A stretch of 26,807 bases of DNA from a virus (taxonomy: Duplodnaviria; Caudoviricetes), in the IMG/VR virus record IMGVR_UViG_3300032305_001842, positions 1 to 26,807 of that record; one strand, given 5' to 3'. Numbering within the stretch: position 1 is the first letter of the stretch; each line of letters starts with the position of its first letter. Below are positions 22,705 to 26,807 of the stretch, piece after piece. The notes under the pieces were generated by a model. It was not told the DNA's origin and ran no database searches. It worked only from the letters and a program-made list of their open reading frames with translations. A program made the position numbers and the translations under genes.

Positions 22705-24174
22705 TTATCTGTCAAAGCCAATAAGTGCGGTAACTGGTTTTCCGTACGGTACTGGTGTACTAAAATAAACGTAGTAGTCGTTATTTGATACAACGCTGGT
22801 GCTTTCTACAATGGTTAATACTGCGTTGGCCACAGAATTTGAGGAAGTTGGTATCACTGCTACCCTAACTAATGCTCCTGTATCAGCGTCAACTTCATAC
22901 GAATTAATAGTTGTTAACGGTAGACCTGCTTGGCTTATTGAAGCGCCGCCAATATTGACCGCAGGGTATATTGCATCAATTGCTGATACTGTTCCTTGAA
23001 ACGTCATTGCTCCAGTTGCTGTACAATTATAACTTACTGATGATGTAGAGCAAGCAGTTACAGTATATGTTCCATTATATCCCAGTGGGCGCATTCCTGT
23101 TACTGAAATCGTTGCACCCACTGCAAACGGCTCAGCTGGTCTAGTTGTAAATGTTAGTACTGCTATAGTACCAGTGCAGGTAATGGTAATGCTACCGGTA
23201 TTGGTTTGGCTTACACTGACTGTGTAATTTGTGCCGGTAGTTAAAATTTGTGATCCTACTGAGCCAGCAGTTTGTGAAGTACTGACAGTATAGGTTCCGG
23301 CGCCACCAGTAGTTCCAGTCAATTGATTTACAATATAAGTGCCAGCTGTGATTCCGGCTCCACTTAGTACCATGCCTGTTTTAATAACACCACTGTTTAA
23401 TAATGACACTGTTAATGTTGTTGTGGCAATATATCCGTTGAATGAAACTGTGTTGATTGCAGAAATTGTTGGTGAGCTGGCAATGCCTGTGCCGGATAAC
23501 ACTTGCCCCAACTGTGGTGCTGTGCTAAATGCAGTCACGGACATGGTTATTCCGTTGATGAATCCAGTTACAGTGACAAATCCAGTATTGCTTGCGCCGG
23601 TTGCTACCAAGCTACTATTGAAATAAATTGTAGTAGTACCGCTTGGGTGTGCAATACTTGCCGATCCCACATATGTTTCTGTTGGTATTGTTGGATTTTG
23701 TACCACAGTATAGTTGGTGCCAGCTAGTTGTAATACGTTTTCAACTACTACTAAAATACTTTTAGCGATTGCTGTGGTATCCCAAGTGACACCGCTCTGT
23801 GCATTTACACCATATGGTGTTGGGTTCAACGGGCCAAAATATTGAGTCGAATCATCACCGGCGCCTAGATTTTGTTGGGTAATTGCGCCTGGTTCTCTGT
23901 AACGCAATGCTCTCCAGTTGCCGCCTTGATAAACTTCCACATCAGTAGTTGTGGTGTTATAACGAATCATGCCAGCAGTTGCTGAAGATCCAGCTAGTAC
24001 GCCTGGCATTTGTGTAGTAGGACCGCTGGGTAGTACCATCGCACCGCCAGCCGCTGGATTTAACCAGACATTGTAATTGCCAGGAGTTGCTGCCGCAGTT
24101 GGAGCAATATCACTGTAGACAGTGGTATCTCTAAGCTGTCTGCGATTAAGAGTTTGGCGTTTAAGGAATCTCAT
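22705..24174 (-). CDS. Virion structural protein, 489 aa, with nested beta modules
   Basis: TAATG stop/start overlap with the upstream gene; [16 protein letters not shown] motif; modules shared with the giants. Confidence 0.9.
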   Translation of the reverse strand: MRFLKRQTLNRRQLRDTTVYSDIAPTAAATPGNYNVWLNPAAGGAMVLPSGPTTQMPGVLAGSSATAGMIRYNTTTTDVEVYQGGNWRALRYREPGAITQQNLGAGDDSTQYFGPLNPTPYGVNAQSGVTWDTTAIAKSILVVVENVLQLAGTNYTVVQNPTIPTETYVGSASIAHPSGTTTIYFNSSLVATGASNTGFVTVTGFINGITMSVTAFSTAPQLGQVLSGTGIASSPTISAINTVSFNGYIATTTLTVSLLNSGVIKTGMVLSGAGITAGTYIVNQLTGTTGGAGTYTVSTSQTAGSVGSQILTTGTNYTVSVSQTNTGSITITCTGTIAVLTFTTRPAEPFAVGATISVTGMRPLGYNGTYTVTACSTSSVSYNCTATGAMTFQGTVSAIDAIYPAVNIGGASISQAGLPLTTINSYEVDADTGALVRVAVIPTSSNSVANAVLTIVESTSVVSNNDYYVYFSTPVPYGKPVTALIGFDR

Positions 24175-24494
24175 TATACTGGAAGTGTGCTAATTGTAAA
24201 TGTCAACATTGAGTTAACGCTTGCTATTGCGATTAGTGCATCGCCGTTTGCTAAAACTAGTTTTTCTTGATCTAAACTTACAGTTTCACCTGCAGGAATT
24301 GGTAATGCTGAAATAATAGTATGTCTAACACTTGTAGTTGTTCCGCTAACATCTGCGGCTGGAACTGCAAATAGTGTCAAGTTGCTTAACGATGCTCCGT
24401 AATTACATATAATTATACTGGTGATTGCATTTGCACCACTGCTTGCGTACATAACTGAATTTGTGTTTGTAATTAATGTGTTTTTAATTGCCAT
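24174..24494 (-). CDS. Small beta-rich virion protein, 106 aa
   Basis: AAGGA RBS; paralog of 18492-18821. Confidence 0.88.
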   Translation of the reverse strand: MAIKNTLITNTNSVMYASSGANAITSIIICNYGASLSNLTLFAVPAADVSGTTTSVRHTIISALPIPAGETVSLDQEKLVLANGDALIAIASVNSMLTFTISTLPV

Positions 24495-24503
24495 GTTCTT
24501 TCC

Positions 24504-25535
24504 TTATAAGAGTATGCTTAACAGCACTGCTCTATTTTTACTTACTAGTTCATCATTATTGTATGCAGTTGCTCCATATGCATTGCTCGAAGTAAAGTAT
24601 ATACCAGTTCTTCCAGGGCCTTCTATAGCTTTTGAATAAACTTTGTTGGCATTGCCTGATGGTGCTAACTGATCCGGTTGATGATTTAAGTTTAGTGTTC
24701 CGGCAAGTTCTACATTGTTATTAGATGCAGTTAGTATTAGATTATTTGCAGATATATTGGAAACGGTGTCGTTTGCAATCAATACATTGCCCATTGTAAC
24801 TCCAGCTCCACTAATCAATAACTTGGTAATGTTAGCTGTGCCATTCCAAATAGTTGACGTAACAGTGCCTGAAGCGCATACCACATTAGATTGTACAGGT
24901 GTACCAGTTACCGGAAAATGTATATTAGTAACATCTGCAATGCCACCAGTTGCCGCAACATAATTTGTGATAAATTTTCTATTAGGAATATGATTATCAT
25001 CAATGACTCGAGTATGATAATCAGTAGTGTTGGCCACTTTGAGAACTGGTGTTGCGCCCTGTAAATCAAATGTAAAATCCTGTGTGCCGTTATTTAATAA
25101 CACGCCAACTTGTAATGCACTGAGTGCCCCGTCAGCAGTTTTTAAAACAAATGATCCCGGAACTGTTGTACTAGTCGCTGGATTCCAACGATTAATAAGT
25201 TCACTGAACAACACTTGAGCTGTGCTTCTGCTGCCTCGAATTATTTCTAAACCGGAGACTTGAGCGCCTGTACCGTTTCCAATGCCGGCGCCTGTTTGTC
25301 CGTAGTTTAAAGTAATAACTGTATCTTTAAGAAAGGTGTCAGTAGATTCAATTGTAGATGTTGTACCCTTAACCTCTAAGTTACCCAGTATGGTAACCAT
25401 GCCATTGAGTGTGCCAGATGACTTGGTATCTAAAATAATACTGCCACCTGTGGTTGGCAAGCCCGTGGCTGGATTCAAAGCACCTTGTACTTCGACTCTA
25501 TAATCACCACCGCTGACTTTTACAATCTTTGACAT
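24504..25535 (-). CDS. Virion structural or fibre-like protein, 343 aa
   Basis: TAAGGA RBS; V.I.GNL.V.GTT...D..ITLN..G...SGLEI.RG motif, often seen in phage fibre proteins; hydrophobic C-terminus. Confidence 0.85.
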   Translation of the reverse strand: MSKIVKVSGGDYRVEVQGALNPATGLPTTGGSIILDTKSSGTLNGMVTILGNLEVKGTTSTIESTDTFLKDTVITLNYGQTGAGIGNGTGAQVSGLEIIRGSRSTAQVLFSELINRWNPATSTTVPGSFVLKTADGALSALQVGVLLNNGTQDFTFDLQGATPVLKVANTTDYHTRVIDDNHIPNRKFITNYVAATGGIADVTNIHFPVTGTPVQSNVVCASGTVTSTIWNGTANITKLLISGAGVTMGNVLIANDTVSNISANNLILTASNNNVELAGTLNLNHQPDQLAPSGNANKVYSKAIEGPGRTGIYFTSSNAYGATAYNNDELVSKNRAVLLSILL

Positions 25536-25553
25536 TCTATATCCTTATAGTTA

Positions 25554-25569
25554 GGGGACCTAAGTCCCC
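25554..25569 (-). other. Intergenic GC-rich hairpin GGGGAC-UUAG-GUCCCC without a U-tract
   Basis: Perfect 6-bp stem between the 233-aa stop and the RBS of the 343-aa gene. Confidence 0.65.
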
Positions 25570-25577
25570 AATCCTAA

Positions 25578-26279
25578 TTATTGATTTTCAATAGTTACTG
25601 TAGTACCGGCCACGGCTGCACCAAAAGTCCATTTAGCAGTTGTGCCAACATAAAATTGTGTACCGGCAGAGGTTGAGCCACCGTGTACATTAGCTGCCGG
25701 AACTAATACCGCAAGACGAGCTGTTAGTTTAGCAACAAAATATGTATTGCCGTCACTGTCAGTAGCTTTGATTGACATTTGGTTAGCATCTTTAGCTTCT
25801 GTTGTGACTAGATTACAAACTGCTGTGCCATCGCTAGTTTGAACTGTGTAGCGGCGTCCAGCAACTTGTTTGATGATATCGCCAGTGGTAACTTCACTGC
25901 CCGCCCCAATTTGTGCTTCGCACTTGATACCGTTTTGACGAGCAGTTGCGCCAGTTGTTAACACCGGAGTTAACGTTAATGTGGTTTGAGTGCCAGTACC
26001 TGATATAACTGTAGCTGTTGGAGCAGAAGTATATCCTGAACCGCCGCTGGTTATTACAACACTAGTTACTGCTCCAGCAGTTGCTACAATAGTAGCTACT
26101 GGATATTCTCCTCCGGTAATTTGTGGAGCAGAGAATGATACGAAATTACCTGTTACATAACCTGCGCTGTTACCGGTAACTACAGTTACGCTTGCAACTG
26201 ATTCACCGCCAACATTAGCTGTACCAAATGTTGCATAGTTTGTGTTAGCAAAGAATTTTTTATTTAAAGGACGTCCCAT
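25578..26279 (-). CDS. Structural protein directly downstream of the major capsid gene, 233 aa
   Basis: AAGGAG RBS; contains a VTSVVITSGGSGYTSAPT module typical of phage virion proteins. Confidence 0.88.
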   Translation of the reverse strand: MGRPLNKKFFANTNYATFGTANVGGESVASVTVVTGNSAGYVTGNFVSFSAPQITGGEYPVATIVATAGAVTSVVITSGGSGYTSAPTATVISGTGTQTTLTLTPVLTTGATARQNGIKCEAQIGAGSEVTTGDIIKQVAGRRYTVQTSDGTAVCNLVTTEAKDANQMSIKATDSDGNTYFVAKLTARLAVLVPAANVHGGSTSAGTQFYVGTTAKWTFGAAVAGTTVTIENQ

Positions 26280-26292
26280 TTTATTTTCTCCT

Positions 26293-26367
26293 TAAGAAAG
26301 ATGGCGTTCTAGGCCATACGCGGTTGGATTTCCGCATAAAATCCACCCCATGTGAATCATTACTATG
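26293..26367 (-). promoter_or_regulatory. Structured 5' leader with three tandem hairpins and an alternative pairing
   Basis: AUUCAC/GUGGAU, UAUGCGG/CCGCGUA, AUGGC/GCCAU; alternative UGGAUUU/AAAUCCA. Confidence 0.5.
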
Positions 26368-26375
26368 TATTTAGT
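26368..26375 (-). promoter_or_regulatory. Putative late promoter (ACTAAATA)
   Basis: TAAATA core 7 nt downstream of the capsid-gene terminator. Confidence 0.5.
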
Positions 26376-26382
26376 CGAGAAT

Positions 26383-26408
26383 AAAAAAGGGCTCCGAAGA
26401 GCCCTTTT
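26383..26408 (-). terminator. Rho-independent terminator of the major capsid gene
   Basis: AAAAGGGCUC-UUCG-GAGCCC-UUUUUU: C(UUCG)G tetraloop, GC stem and U-tract. An A/T tract on both sides means it may be bidirectional. Confidence 0.92.
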
Positions 26409-26435
26409 AGTACTATAAAAGTAACTAAACTTAGA

Positions 26436-26807
26436 TTAACTAAATTTAACGTTACCTGATGTGATAGCAACACGGCCTAGGTAGTCAGCGGCATTACCCA
26501 ATGAACTTGCTGTGTTTGACAACTCAACATATCCATAACGTGTCATGAAGCTTACTACTGGTTCGAATGTTGATGGATCCAATACAACACCACTGCTCAT
26601 CAATGGAATGTATGGGCAATAGAATGCAGGAGCATCAGACTCTGAACCGCCTTTGTAGCCGATCAAAATGTCTGTACTGTCAACAGCGTAGCTGTTAACA
26701 TAGACTTTCATAGCATTGTTCAATGTACCAACAAACTTGGTGTTTGTAGGTGCTTCGAATGTACCTTCTGTTGTACGAGCAAATGCGCTTGTAGTAGCAG
26801 ATTGTAG
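26436..26807 (-). CDS. gp23: Major capsid protein, T4 gp23 family, C-terminal part (5' end outside the window)
   Basis: The frame is open to the window edge (LQSATTSAFARTTEGTFEAPTNTKFVGTLN...). Diagnostic gp23 motifs: GYKG.SE.DA..FYCPYIPL, DP.TFEPV..F.TRYG. Confidence 0.93.
   Translation of the reverse strand, partial: LQSATTSAFARTTEGTFEAPTNTKFVGTLNNAMKVYVNSYAVDSTDILIGYKGGSESDAPAFYCPYIPLMSSGVVLDPSTFEPVVSFMTRYGYVELSNTASSLGNAADYLGRVAITSGNVKFS

Noticed and set aside
225-25218. Numerous 60-160 aa plus-strand ORFs
   Set aside because: They lie antisense to long minus-strand genes and are Val/Pro/Ala/Thr-rich mirror translations, as expected from the codon bias of the real genes.
8496-26438. All ten visible stop codons are TAA, suggesting stop-codon reassignment
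   Set aside because: No in-frame TAG or TGA occurs in more than 8000 codons of real genes, so there is no evidence of recoding; AT bias explains the pattern.
26436-26723. 95-aa ORF as a complete gene
   Set aside because: The frame continues to the window edge; it is the C-terminal part of the major capsid protein.

Overview
The window is a virion-morphogenesis (late) region of a large tailed phage with a T4-type gp23 major capsid protein. All real genes are on the minus strand. In transcription order: the 3' end of the major capsid gene, a UUCG-loop terminator, eight small/medium structural or fibre-like genes (two paralogous pairs among them), then two paralogous giant proteins. One is 3197 aa (8496-18089). 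The other is >2810 aa (8434 to beyond base 1) and is missing from the ORF track because its stop lies outside the window. Four TATAAATA-like late-promoter motifs sit in intergenic gaps, and two of them are followed by strongly structured 5' leaders. The most striking feature is the architecture of the giants and of the 489-aa gene: a conserved scaffold carries many 60-90 aa beta modules inserted into specific loops, often inside one another up to three or four levels deep. One loop holds a YHYH domain in one paralog and a small module in the other. One module sits at non-equivalent positions in the two giants and shares an identical 41-bp core. Domain names are from motif recognition only; no searches were run. 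The plus-strand ORFs are antisense shadows.
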